Part shown: positions 1-9,640 of the stretch, piece by piece
Layout of the letters: the number at the start of each line of letters is the position of its first letter
How positions within the stretch are numbered: the stretch's first letter is position 1
IMG/VR virus record: IMGVR_UViG_3300027740_000003
Location: 192,001-256,000 of that record
DNA from: a virus
Taxonomy: Duplodnaviria > Caudoviricetes
DNA: 64,000 nucleotides
Direction: 5' to 3' (one strand)
The notes under the pieces: model-generated
Told to the model about the DNA's origin: nothing
Seen by the model: only the letters and a program-made list of their open reading frames with translations
Database searches by the model: none
Translations under genes and position numbers: made by a program

Positions 1-705
1 GATGGAGCAGTAGACATCATAGTGAATTTCAAAGGTGGAAACTCCCCAGCCGTCGCCGCTACAACAGGTAGAAAAGCCGTTGTCGTATCTATCTATGAAC
101 CAGAAGGTGGAAAATATAAATTCGGTAATTATTCACAATATGATCATAACTTTATAAATAAAGCAGTAGATACAATCATATCTTCTTTGCAAAAATCTAA
201 TCCAGGCAAAATAATTAAAAGAGGAAAATTAACCATAACCGGCTGGTCGGCCGGAGGCAGTGCATTAAAGCAAGTATTGGCGAATGAGGATAAGGTGAAA
301 GGAGGAGTAGATGAAGTCTTCTTCTCTGATGCCCTCCATTCGGGCCTAGGAGAGGGTTTAGACCCTGGCCTAGCACCAGTGCTAGCCTATGCTCAAAAAG
401 CCGCCACAGACCCTTCTAAACGAATTGTATTGCTATCTACTGGAGTTGTGCCAGGTAATTCAAAAGGACAGCAATATGCATCCACTTATGATACAGGAAA
501 AAGAATAGCGGATCAAGTTGGAGCAAAAGAAGTACAAGATAACAATATATATGCTGGAGGGCACCCTGCGGCCATTAGCCAAACAGGTGGCTTCAAATGG
601 ATTCAATTATTCCCCCCAGGAACAAAAGACGTAAACCAAATGAAGCAGCAACATGGAATTGCTCATAATTGGGGTTTCAATAATCTTTCTGAGCTTTTAG
701 GATAA
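1..705 (+). CDS. Alpha/beta-hydrolase-fold protein, probably 5'-truncated by the window edge
   Basis: Frame open from base 1 (DGAVDIIVNFKGG...); nucleophile-elbow-like G-W-S-A-G (TITGWSAGGSAL); the only credible + strand gene. Confidence 0.5.
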   Translation, partial: DGAVDIIVNFKGGNSPAVAATTGRKAVVVSIYEPEGGKYKFGNYSQYDHNFINKAVDTIISSLQKSNPGKIIKRGKLTITGWSAGGSALKQVLANEDKVKGGVDEVFFSDALHSGLGEGLDPGLAPVLAYAQKAATDPSKRIVLLSTGVVPGNSKGQQYASTYDTGKRIADQVGAKEVQDNNIYAGGHPAAISQTGGFKWIQLFPPGTKDVNQMKQQHGIAHNWGFNNLSELLG

Positions 706-864
706 CATCTGGTTTTCTTCTTTTATGAAGTAAACCTCAACAGACCCGTCTTTAAGAAACTTGGCTGTTAGAATTCCTTTTGAATCTTTTGGCAAATTGC
801 TTCCAGCATGTTCGGCTATAACCACAAGAACTTCTTTTTTATTATAACTTTTTATTAGATTCAT
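697..864 (-). CDS. Small hypothetical protein (55 aa, MNLIKSYNKKEVLVVIAEHAGS...), below the ORF-track cutoff
   Basis: Hand translation; fills the 706-841 gap, overlaps the HAD gene end, and its stop overlaps the end of the convergent + strand gene. Confidence 0.5.
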   Translation of the reverse strand: MNLIKSYNKKEVLVVIAEHAGSNLPKDSKGILTAKFLKDGSVEVYFIKEENQMLS

Positions 865-1489
865 AATAATCTTCGCCCCCTATAAAATATCTACTATAGA
901 TGGCCTTTTTAATATTTGTTAAATCAGGTTTAGTTCCAAAAAATTTAGACAAATCAAATTTAATTGATTTGAGTCCACATTTTGTACCAGTTAATATATT
1001 TTCTTCCCTATCATCAACATAGATACAATCAGAATATCGTGGATTTTGAAGATAAAAACTTTGATAATAAAGCAAGCTAGGCTTTGCAGTACCTACTTCA
1101 CATGATATATGTTGAACATCTGCTAGCTCAAATATATGCTTGAATTTAGTTCTGGCATAATCTATTTCACCAATTCCCATATTAGAAATAAAAGCAATGT
1201 TAAAATTTTTATTCTTTAAATCAATTAAGAATTCTGTCATATATTTATTTTCTTTAATAACATCATTCCAGGAACGAGAAAGCATTTCTGCTTCTTCTGG
1301 AGAAAAGGCGTCTTCCAAATAATCACGCATTGTTGCAGATCCACAGAACTCTTGTCTTTCAATTAGACGAAGATAATGTTCAACATCTTCAACATTAGCA
1401 TCAAGCTCTGAAATTATTTGCCAGAACTCTTTGAAATCCAAATCAAAAATAACATTTCCTAGGTCAAAAGCTATGTATTTTGATGACAT
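842..1489 (-). CDS. HAD-superfamily hydrolase/phosphatase (YihX-like)
   Basis: Motif I FDLGNVI, motif II ISN, motif III KP, motif IV YVDDREEN. Confidence 0.85.
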   Translation of the reverse strand: MSSKYIAFDLGNVIFDLDFKEFWQIISELDANVEDVEHYLRLIERQEFCGSATMRDYLEDAFSPEEAEMLSRSWNDVIKENKYMTEFLIDLKNKNFNIAFISNMGIGEIDYARTKFKHIFELADVQHISCEVGTAKPSLLYYQSFYLQNPRYSDCIYVDDREENILTGTKCGLKSIKFDLSKFFGTKPDLTNIKKAIYSRYFIGGEDYYESNKKL

Positions 1490-2427
1490 ATTACCTCATG
1501 CAGGAACGGTGTGTTTTGTTTGCTTAGAAAATCTCTGCTGCATTCTCTCGACAAAGCTTTTTCAATTGTTTCTAATGCATAATAGTCCATCAATTCTACT
1601 TGTGCCAAGTCTTTTCCAATAGAATATTCTTCCAACAACACCGAATTCAACAACGCCTCCACATCATCTAAAGAAGGAAAAGAACATATATTTTTTCCAT
1701 TATAAATAGCATCTGATATTGAACCTGTATCTCCTTCGGATAATACCTTATTGCATCCATACAGTTCTTTAGCATAATCTTTATTAACAACCTCTACGTT
1801 GTCTATATATTTAATAATATTGGATAATGTTGGTTTTCTAACAGGATCGTTTAAAATTGCAATGTTTTTATCATGATTGCTTTGTTGTTGTTTGATATAG
1901 TATGGAGAAATCCAGTTGTATCCATATTTTATATGTGGACGAAAATTAACATCACCAAAAGGAGAATAAATAAACACTTTATCTGCCTCAGGAAATGAAT
2001 ATAAATGTTTATATAAATAAAACAGTTTAGAACGATAGTTTAATTTAAAATCTTTTTCTATTCCAAGAAATAATAATATAGGAGAGCAGTACCATAATTT
2101 TATATTTAATTTCTTAGCAATATTAGATAAAGTTATTTCGTCATCAATAATTATTAAATCTGGTTCAAATCTTTCTATGTCAGAAATCAAAGACAACAAT
2201 ATTTTATAATTAACACCTAATGTATTTGGTCCTAATATTTCTCTAGACTTATTATATTTGACATTATAATGTAGGGCATCTAAGGTCCAATCTATAACAG
2301 GCAGGTCATAACTAGATTTAATATAAGCCGCTACTTTTATTTCATGTTCTTTTGGCAAAGCATTCAAGAATCTAGATAGTTGAATGCCTGCCCCAACTCT
2401 ATTTCCGGCAACATATATTATTCGCAT
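1471..2427 (-). CDS. Divergent GT-B fold glycosyltransferase-like protein (GT28/MJ1255-like)
   Basis: N-terminal IYVAGNRVGAGIQLSRF...EIKVAA, PDLIIID, and C-terminal SEGDTGSISDAIYNGKNI matching the GT-B pattern. Confidence 0.5.
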   Translation of the reverse strand: MRIIYVAGNRVGAGIQLSRFLNALPKEHEIKVAAYIKSSYDLPVIDWTLDALHYNVKYNKSREILGPNTLGVNYKILLSLISDIERFEPDLIIIDDEITLSNIAKKLNIKLWYCSPILLFLGIEKDFKLNYRSKLFYLYKHLYSFPEADKVFIYSPFGDVNFRPHIKYGYNWISPYYIKQQQSNHDKNIAILNDPVRKPTLSNIIKYIDNVEVVNKDYAKELYGCNKVLSEGDTGSISDAIYNGKNICSFPSLDDVEALLNSVLLEEYSIGKDLAQVELMDYYALETIEKALSRECSRDFLSKQNTPFLHEVICHQNT

Positions 2428-3056
2428 TTAGCTAATTTTTCTCTAACAATAGGTGAACATGTTTCTATGAATTTTATTAAAAGATCCGCTGCCATCCTTG
2501 TATCTGCATCTGCTTTATGTGCTTTTTCTTTTTTTATACCAAAATCTTTTATTAACGATCCTAGGTTGTACTTTTCTCTTTTTCTTCCAATACATATATC
2601 GAAAAACAAAGCTAATTGAATAGTATCAACGATTAGTTTTTTATAATTTGTTAAAAACGGGAACGTATCTAAAGAATTGCAATCTTTCCATAGTGCGGTC
2701 ATATGTTCAAAATCGAATATTGGATTCTGTCCAGCAAAAACCCGATCATGGGCAGACATTTTGTCTTCTGCAATCCAGTCCTCAATTTCAATTACAGCAT
2801 CGGCGGGTTTTTTATAATTATCTCTACCATATTTGGTTTGCCATAGGATATCTTCTTTTTTGTGTCCATTTACAGCTAAAGCATCATCTTGGATAAATTC
2901 TGGTTTGGTGGCTCTTATAAGCCAAGTCCTTTGATCAGATTCAAAACCAGATTCTGTTGATGTCAGCCTCAATAGAGATAATTCTATTATCTCATTAACA
3001 CCAGGTTGTAATCCTGTTGTTTCTGTATCTTGAACGTAAATTATGTAATTCTGCAT
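2418..3056 (-). CDS. DEDDh 3'-5' exonuclease (DNA Pol III epsilon-like)
   Basis: ExoI DTETTGL, ExoII GQNPIFD, ExoIII HKADAD. Confidence 0.9.
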   Translation of the reverse strand: MQNYIIYVQDTETTGLQPGVNEIIELSLLRLTSTESGFESDQRTWLIRATKPEFIQDDALAVNGHKKEDILWQTKYGRDNYKKPADAVIEIEDWIAEDKMSAHDRVFAGQNPIFDFEHMTALWKDCNSLDTFPFLTNYKKLIVDTIQLALFFDICIGRKREKYNLGSLIKDFGIKKEKAHKADADTRMAADLLIKFIETCSPIVREKLAKCE

Positions 3057-3057
3057 A

Positions 3058-3249
3058 TCAATCGGATATCTCTTCCTGAGATCTCTCGACTGATTTCGGA
3101 GGCTCTGAAGAAAGTAGTCTCAGGTAAGCAGATATTAAATCTCCCAGAGCTCTTGGAATAGGTACTGATACCACTTTTCCGTACTCATTAGAAAATACCA
3201 ATAAAGAAGTTTTTTTATTACATGTTTCAATAGAGTTTAGCGTAATCAT
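3058..3249 (-). CDS. Hypothetical protein (63 aa)
   Basis: ORF coupled to both neighbours. Confidence 0.55.
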   Translation of the reverse strand: MITLNSIETCNKKTSLLVFSNEYGKVVSVPIPRALGDLISAYLRLLSSEPPKSVERSQEEISD

Positions 3250-3575
3250 TTTAATCCTAATTTAAATTTGTTAACAGATCTCCATCCTTGTTTATACCCA
3301 TCAATTAAAAATTGAAATCCGGATAATGTTCTCAGGTATTCTTTCTCTTTATTAGTAAGCCTATTTGATGGAATCAATACGGAAATCTTACCATCCTCTA
3401 ATATTTTCCAAATCTCTCCGTCTTTTTTAGTCTGCCTTTTTACTTGAACTAATGGTTGAACTATATAATCTTCATCTTTAAATAGTTCATTGTCGTTCCT
3501 TAAAGGCATTAGTGGATTATTTTCATCCATTGAATACTCTTCTTCCTCTGTTGGCGTATTTTTATAATCTTTCAT
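3246..3575 (-). CDS. Hypothetical protein (109 aa)
   Basis: ORF with SD-like AAGGTG and ATGA overlap with the next gene. Confidence 0.65.
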   Translation of the reverse strand: MKDYKNTPTEEEEYSMDENNPLMPLRNDNELFKDEDYIVQPLVQVKRQTKKDGEIWKILEDGKISVLIPSNRLTNKEKEYLRTLSGFQFLIDGYKQGWRSVNKFKLGLK

Positions 3576-3578
3576 GTT

Positions 3579-4796
3579 TCACCTTAAACAACTATCTATT
3601 GCAATTACTCCCGTTATTGCTGCGTTATTAATGCCAAATAGCCCGGCGCTTTCTCCTGCCACAAACATACCATCAACTTCTGTTTCTAAATTAGAATTAA
3701 TTACAATAGGTGCTGTTTGTGGTTTTATTGTTGGCGCATGAAAATATCCTCTATTTATTAAATTGGGAAGTATATTATTTACTTCTTCAACCGAATCAAT
3801 TAAAAAATTATATTCTGGAATCTGAGACAATATGCTTTCTTTTTTAACTATTGATTTTATTTTTTCCCTGCCAATCCTATCATTAAATAAAAGAAACGCA
3901 AGTTTGGCTAATCTTTCCATTTCTTTTATTCCATTTTCTGGGAAACATTGCTTGCTAATTATATCAAAAACAACTTTATTTTTCCCCATTTTTTTCCATC
4001 TTTCCTCATTAGATCTGAATGCTGATAAAACAACATCAGCGTGATCCTCTGGAATAACAGCTCCGTCCCAACAAAACGGACCAATCTCTAAATTGTCTTT
4101 TATCATAGAACAATGAGTGTGATTAAGCTCTTTCATATATTGTGCAGAACATTCGGCCTTTATTCCCAGATAAGCATAATTGTCTTCTGTTATTAAATCA
4201 AATGATTTATATATGTCATGTGCCCACCGCCAACCACTTCTACCTACCGCAATAATAATCTTTTCGCATTTAAAATCACCAAGCTGTGTTGTTAATTCGA
4301 ATACTCCATCTTTTTTAAGAATCTGTAATACTTCATTGTCAAAAGAAAATGTTATGTTTTCCGAATCTAATGTAATTTCTGAAATTATTTTTGATAATTT
4401 ATGAATGTATTCCGGTTTCCATTGAATATAATCATTTGTCTGTAATTCGAAACCTAAATCATTTGATTTTTTTTGAATTAAAGAATTGGGCAATTTATCT
4501 TTTATTACTTTAATTGGCCCGGCTTCTGATAATACACTTTTTACCCATTTGTCTACGGGTTTTACTTTTCTTCCATCAATTATTTCTAATATTTTTGATA
4601 TATCTGTGTGTATTTTCCCATCACTAAAAGGAAGACAACCAAGCCAAGCCTCTAACTGGCGGCGTCTTTTTAGCATTGGCCGCCCTAATTCTAATACTAA
4701 TACGCTTTCTTTTTTATAGTTTTCAGCAGCCCTAAGAGATGCAAAAACTCCTGCAACACCAGCTCCAATTATTCCAACATCATATATCTTGCTCAT
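3579..4796 (-). CDS. FAD-dependent oxidoreductase (COG2509-like); start placed at MSKIYD
   Basis: Rossmann YDVGIIGAGVAG, internal IIIAVGRSG, C-terminal ETEVDGMFVAGESAG. Confidence 0.8.
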   Translation of the reverse strand: MSKIYDVGIIGAGVAGVFASLRAAENYKKESVLVLELGRPMLKRRRQLEAWLGCLPFSDGKIHTDISKILEIIDGRKVKPVDKWVKSVLSEAGPIKVIKDKLPNSLIQKKSNDLGFELQTNDYIQWKPEYIHKLSKIISEITLDSENITFSFDNEVLQILKKDGVFELTTQLGDFKCEKIIIAVGRSGWRWAHDIYKSFDLITEDNYAYLGIKAECSAQYMKELNHTHCSMIKDNLEIGPFCWDGAVIPEDHADVVLSAFRSNEERWKKMGKNKVVFDIISKQCFPENGIKEMERLAKLAFLLFNDRIGREKIKSIVKKESILSQIPEYNFLIDSVEEVNNILPNLINRGYFHAPTIKPQTAPIVINSNLETEVDGMFVAGESAGLFGINNAAITGVIAIDSCLR

Positions 4797-4836
4797 GCTG
4801 GCATATATAACCAGCAAATGCTTTCGTAAACATTTT

Positions 4837-6051
4837 TTAAGCAGTCAAATGCCATTTTGTTTTCATTGTATTTTTTATTGATTGTTCATGGGCTAATGTT
4901 ATGTTTTTATTTGCAAATATTGCAAATTCTCTTAGTCTCATTGTTGGATAATATGGGGAAGGATACCCTAAATATAAATTAGTAAATGTTAAATTATCAG
5001 CACAATTAGTAGTGGCTAAATATGTGCTACCTATAGATCCTCTATGTGCCGCTTCGTCATATATGTGAGAAAATGTAGCATTCCAATTATTTGCAATAGA
5101 GGTAATAGAATGCTCATAATTTGGTGGGGGATTTTCCCGGTCAAATCTAGCTGATGTAGAGGCAATAACTACTAATTGCATAGCTGTACTTGTACTAGAC
5201 AACGCATACAAAACCTTTGTATTATTTGACACATCAGTTGCTGCCCCAATTACTCCACATTTAGCACCATTATTAAACACACTAACATAATTAGACGCCT
5301 GCATATATTGTGTGCCAAGAAATACTAAACATGGACCAAATCCATCCACCCAATAAATTGGCTGATTTGCAGCTGTAGCTTGTTCCCACCTATGTCCATT
5401 TCTTAAATCTGCCCAATATAATACACGTTTTTGTTCTGTAGTAATATTTTTAATAAGTATCCTGCCATCAACTCCAGTCCCGTCCCAGATCAAATTAGTA
5501 CCGGTTGAGTCATACATATATATTCCTGGCGTATTATATCCTGCTGTCATTATTTTTGATCTCAAAATAACTCTATACCAGCCATCTCCTAAATCAGACA
5601 AATAACCATCACCAACTGGATAGGATGTTTCTAAATTAGTTTGTTGTAAAAATGAACTAGCCCCTGTTGTTAGATTTAACTTTAATTGTACTCCTTGATA
5701 TAACTCAATTTGAATTGTATCTATTGCTGAGCCAGTGTCTTTTTTAAAATCAGCTTGAAATAAATATGGACCATTTACTCTTGATGGTTGTGATGTTAAT
5801 TTTAAATAAACAACATGATAATTATTTGCCGACGTATTAGCCATCACATAACCGTCTCCAGATGCCCCAATTGTGATATTAGATTGGGTCCAAGATGTCA
5901 AAACAATTTGTTCAGCTTGTGCTCCATAAGTAATCCCTCCATAACCATCTGTATAAATTATAGGATCAAAATTAAGAATTAAATCTCTACCAACATCGGA
6001 ATATAAATTAATTCCAGATGAAATATTTACATTTTGAAGAATATTTGTCAT
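4837..6051 (-). CDS. Putative virion tail/receptor-binding protein, beta-rich (404 aa)
   Basis: WADLRNG...EQATAANQP motif typical of phage tail lectin-like proteins; last gene of the fibre operon; 3 DGY. Confidence 0.55.
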   Translation of the reverse strand: MTNILQNVNISSGINLYSDVGRDLILNFDPIIYTDGYGGITYGAQAEQIVLTSWTQSNITIGASGDGYVMANTSANNYHVVYLKLTSQPSRVNGPYLFQADFKKDTGSAIDTIQIELYQGVQLKLNLTTGASSFLQQTNLETSYPVGDGYLSDLGDGWYRVILRSKIMTAGYNTPGIYMYDSTGTNLIWDGTGVDGRILIKNITTEQKRVLYWADLRNGHRWEQATAANQPIYWVDGFGPCLVFLGTQYMQASNYVSVFNNGAKCGVIGAATDVSNNTKVLYALSSTSTAMQLVVIASTSARFDRENPPPNYEHSITSIANNWNATFSHIYDEAAHRGSIGSTYLATTNCADNLTFTNLYLGYPSPYYPTMRLREFAIFANKNITLAHEQSIKNTMKTKWHLTA

Positions 6052-6800
6052 TTGGTTCCTGTTATTTCACTTATCATTCTATCAAAATCTTCTGAATAAA
6101 GTTGTTTTTGAATTAGTTTCATCTCCGTTGGTCTGTCTTCTTCTGGAGTTCCTTTAATTGATTCATAAAGCCGACCACTATAGATGTCTTTAAAAGAATC
6201 ATCACTAAATGGATAAGCATGATTAGCTTTTTTATATCTACAATATATGAAAGAATGCGATGGACCAATCCATTGTTTGTATTGTCGAGTTAAATCCCAC
6301 CACAATTCATCTTCTCCAAATTTGGCCACAACAGGAAAATTGGGAGAAATATCTATTCTTCCAGCTAATGTGGGCCCATGACAAAACTGTCCGTTGCACC
6401 AACATTCTGATACACCTTCTACAAACCATAATTTATCATCACAATTTTTAATCCAACACGAGTTTCTTCCTACTATCTGTGCCCCTTTTTCTATTGTGTC
6501 CTCTATTGTATTAAGATATCTCGACAAATAACGATCATCACAATCAAATTTTGTAAACCAATCATTTTTATTACTATTCTGTCTTGCCCAGTCTAATCCA
6601 ACATTCATTGGTTGACTTACGCCATCATTTGATTCTAAAATAATCTCATCTTCTTTTTTACACCATTTTGCTCCACAGTTTTGCACTACAATAAGTTTTT
6701 TATTTTTATATAGTTGCTGGTTAAAATTATTCCATGCATTTTGTTCAAATGCTTGTTTTGAAAATGGAACAATGCAATAAATGGTCGTATTAACCTCCAT
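6048..6800 (-). CDS. GT-A (GT2-like) glycosyltransferase embedded in the tail-fibre operon
   Basis: N-terminal CIVPF strand, LIVVQN, MNVGLDWA, DxD motif FTKFDCDD. Confidence 0.7.
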   Translation of the reverse strand: MEVNTTIYCIVPFSKQAFEQNAWNNFNQQLYKNKKLIVVQNCGAKWCKKEDEIILESNDGVSQPMNVGLDWARQNSNKNDWFTKFDCDDRYLSRYLNTIEDTIEKGAQIVGRNSCWIKNCDDKLWFVEGVSECWCNGQFCHGPTLAGRIDISPNFPVVAKFGEDELWWDLTRQYKQWIGPSHSFIYCRYKKANHAYPFSDDSFKDIYSGRLYESIKGTPEEDRPTEMKLIQKQLYSEDFDRMISEITGTK

Positions 6801-9621
6801 ATGTGCCTGTCATTAATAATCTGCAACGTATCATAAATCTATAATTTCGTGATGCAGGATCTAATATTAACCTAATTGTAGCAGCATCAGCAGCAGAGGT
6901 TGCCAATGTCCAATGAGTAACTAAACTATTTATTTCTACATCAAGATAATTGGTTCCAAATGTGTGCAATGTATTGTTGCTATCTTTAACGAATGTGGCG
7001 TAATAACGTTGGTACACGCAACCGGATCCCGCATAACCAAGAGGATTGGTAGCAAGTATATCATATATTGCAACATATGTTCTATAACCATCATGTGGAG
7101 CGTCTAAGTTAGAAATGTCTATGTCAAATTCTTGAGCGGTTCCATCTGTCACTTCAGCGGACCACATATATTCTCTTGTATTAATTGGAACGGTTAGAGA
7201 GCCAGGAACAGACATTACAAATGGTGTCAGGTTTTCCTTTGCATAAGCGTTAGAACAAATTATTGATGAGTGTCCTCCAAAATCAGTGCCTGATCCATCG
7301 TCTTGGTTCAAAACAAAAGCCCCTGTAGTGCTGGTAATGTTGTCAGCACCTATAGTTATATTACCATCACCCGCAGTTATATCAATATTACCATTAACAG
7401 GTCCTGAACCAGTGGATATTGATAAGCTGCCTCCATAATCAGATCCGGAACCACATTGTAGTGTAATGGAGCCGCCAATTCTGTGGGGAGCCTCAGAATC
7501 ATTTCCAGTAATTGTAATTATCCCTGGAGAACCCCAAGTAGCTCCACCTCCAGAAATAACCACTTGTCCACCAGTATGTCCAGCAGATCCGTCTCCAGCG
7601 GTAATGGAAATGTCTCCACCATAACCGTCTAAACCTTCTCCTGCGGCAAAAACAAGATCACCACCATCGTTGGCAATTCCAGTCCCACCAGTAATACTTA
7701 CGCTGGCACCAACTGCTACGCTTGAAGTTCCTCCAGTAATTGAAATAGGACCTCCGGTATCAGCCCCACCTCCTGAAATAGATAATGTTCCTCCAGTACC
7801 ATTAGTGGTAGAGGAGCCGGACCTAATAGCTATATTGCCACCAGTAAATCCGTCTCCAGAAGCTGCCCCACCATAAATATATGTGTGCCCAGCATTACCA
7901 ATCGAGCTATTCCCTCCTCTTATTGTAGCGTCGCCAGAAGCAATTAACGCCGTTTGGTTTCCACCATATATATTAATTTCATTTACGCCAAACAACACTT
8001 TGCTCCAAGTATCTATGTACATAGAAACAGTTGAATCAACATGCTGAATTTCTATTCTTCCATCTGTAGAGCTGCCATCTCCAGGTCTTAGAATTACATT
8101 TCCTCCAATGGCTCCATTTCCGCCGGCAACATAGGCAGATCCGCCAGTGCCTAGTGTAGTAGACCCCCCAGTAATTGATGCTGTCCCTCCCAGATAACCA
8201 TCTCCTTCTGCACTTCCTCCCAGAATAGTAATAGTACCTCCATTTCCCAGAACTGTGGAAGATCCTCCCTGGACAACTACTCCACCAGGAGATCCTGGAG
8301 ACGCAGAGTCTGATTCTCCAGTTAAATGTAATGTGCTGTTGCCAACTAAAGAATTGCCTTGGAAATAAGCAATAGTAGTGCCATCTCTATATTGGAAATT
8401 AATTTTACCATCAGTGCTGGATTCCGCCACACCGCCCATCCTCAGGGTAATATCTCCTCCAACCTGACCGGGACCGCCAGTAATATATACAGGACCACCA
8501 GTCCCGCCACCATTAACTCCATCACCACCAATAATATTTATTTCTCCCCCGGTGAAACCATTATGTGCAACACCAGCGGTTATATTTACATTACCGGCAT
8601 TAACCCCTCCTCCAAACTGTAGGGTAGACGCAGCGGTCAGATTGATACTACCAGGTTTAGTATTACTTTCTGGAAGAGTAATATTTAAATTTTCCCCGGC
8701 AGTTGCCGTAATGGAATATCCATCACTTAAAATAACCAAATTATTATGTATATTTACGGCAGTACCAGATGTGCTTAATAGCGTATCTCCGGCATTACCA
8801 ATATTTACACCGTATCCATCTTGTGGATCTATAGTGATATTTTGATTAATTGAGGAGAATATAGAATTTCCAGTAAGATTAACCGTGTATCCGTCAGATG
8901 TATTAGATGTACCCAGGGTAGCCCCCCACCCTACATTTGCATCAGGTAATGTGGTCCAACCACAAGCTCCTGAACCGTTAGTATTTAATACTTGACCGTC
9001 TAAACCTTGTGTGTCAGGTAAAATAAATGAAATGTTACTAGATACATTAGATCCCTTAAATGTTGTATAATTAGTATCTGCTGCATTATATAATCTAATA
9101 TCTTTTTGTTTATAAATGCCAGCAAACAGATCATCAAATACATAGTGTTGGACAGCTGGTGCTCCTGGATTAAATACTATTCTTTCACCATATAGATAAG
9201 TAATGTATCCATCATTTCCATACCTTACAGTATCATTTGAATTAGCTTGAATTAAAATTAAATTAGCCGTATTTTCTACATTTCTAAAATAAATACTCCC
9301 AGCAGAGGGAAGTCTAATATATCCAGATGTAGATGGGTTAGATCCCACTTCTAATCTACCACTAGCAGATAGATTTAAAATACCTGCATCGGATAATGTA
9401 GCTACAGAGTCTTGAATTAATTTACCTGTAGCTAAATTATATCTAGCCACGGCATTGTCTGTTGCAGATGTTGGCCCAACAACATAACCGTTTATCATTA
9501 TAACAACGGCTGTCCCGGCCTGTATTGTCTCTGGAGCATAGGTTCCAGAAAAATCAACAGCACTACTTATCCAAGTAATATAATAACCAGGAACAGATTT
9601 TGCTCTCATTACATACGACAT
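6790..9621 (-). CDS. Glycine-rich tail fibre/spike-like protein (943 aa)
   Basis: GPTSATDNAVARYNLATGKLIQDS fibre motif; many GGxIxIxGG-type repeats; 7 DGY. Confidence 0.65.
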   Translation of the reverse strand: MSYVMRAKSVPGYYITWISSAVDFSGTYAPETIQAGTAVVIMINGYVVGPTSATDNAVARYNLATGKLIQDSVATLSDAGILNLSASGRLEVGSNPSTSGYIRLPSAGSIYFRNVENTANLILIQANSNDTVRYGNDGYITYLYGERIVFNPGAPAVQHYVFDDLFAGIYKQKDIRLYNAADTNYTTFKGSNVSSNISFILPDTQGLDGQVLNTNGSGACGWTTLPDANVGWGATLGTSNTSDGYTVNLTGNSIFSSINQNITIDPQDGYGVNIGNAGDTLLSTSGTAVNIHNNLVILSDGYSITATAGENLNITLPESNTKPGSINLTAASTLQFGGGVNAGNVNITAGVAHNGFTGGEINIIGGDGVNGGGTGGPVYITGGPGQVGGDITLRMGGVAESSTDGKINFQYRDGTTIAYFQGNSLVGNSTLHLTGESDSASPGSPGGVVVQGGSSTVLGNGGTITILGGSAEGDGYLGGTASITGGSTTLGTGGSAYVAGGNGAIGGNVILRPGDGSSTDGRIEIQHVDSTVSMYIDTWSKVLFGVNEINIYGGNQTALIASGDATIRGGNSSIGNAGHTYIYGGAASGDGFTGGNIAIRSGSSTTNGTGGTLSISGGGADTGGPISITGGTSSVAVGASVSITGGTGIANDGGDLVFAAGEGLDGYGGDISITAGDGSAGHTGGQVVISGGGATWGSPGIITITGNDSEAPHRIGGSITLQCGSGSDYGGSLSISTGSGPVNGNIDITAGDGNITIGADNITSTTGAFVLNQDDGSGTDFGGHSSIICSNAYAKENLTPFVMSVPGSLTVPINTREYMWSAEVTDGTAQEFDIDISNLDAPHDGYRTYVAIYDILATNPLGYAGSGCVYQRYYATFVKDSNNTLHTFGTNYLDVEINSLVTHWTLATSAADAATIRLILDPASRNYRFMIRCRLLMTGTYGG

Positions 9622-9640
9622 AGTTCACCTTGCTATAATG

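Noticed and set aside
4796-4816. Palindrome TGCTGG-N9-CCAGCA abutting the oxidoreductase start codon
   Set aside because: Only a 6-bp stem, no second copy found, and no U-tract; compatible with chance
9631-9639. Perfect extended -10 (TGCTATAAT) on the + strand between fibre genes
   Set aside because: No -35 element; about a dozen such matches are expected by chance in 64 kb of this AT content
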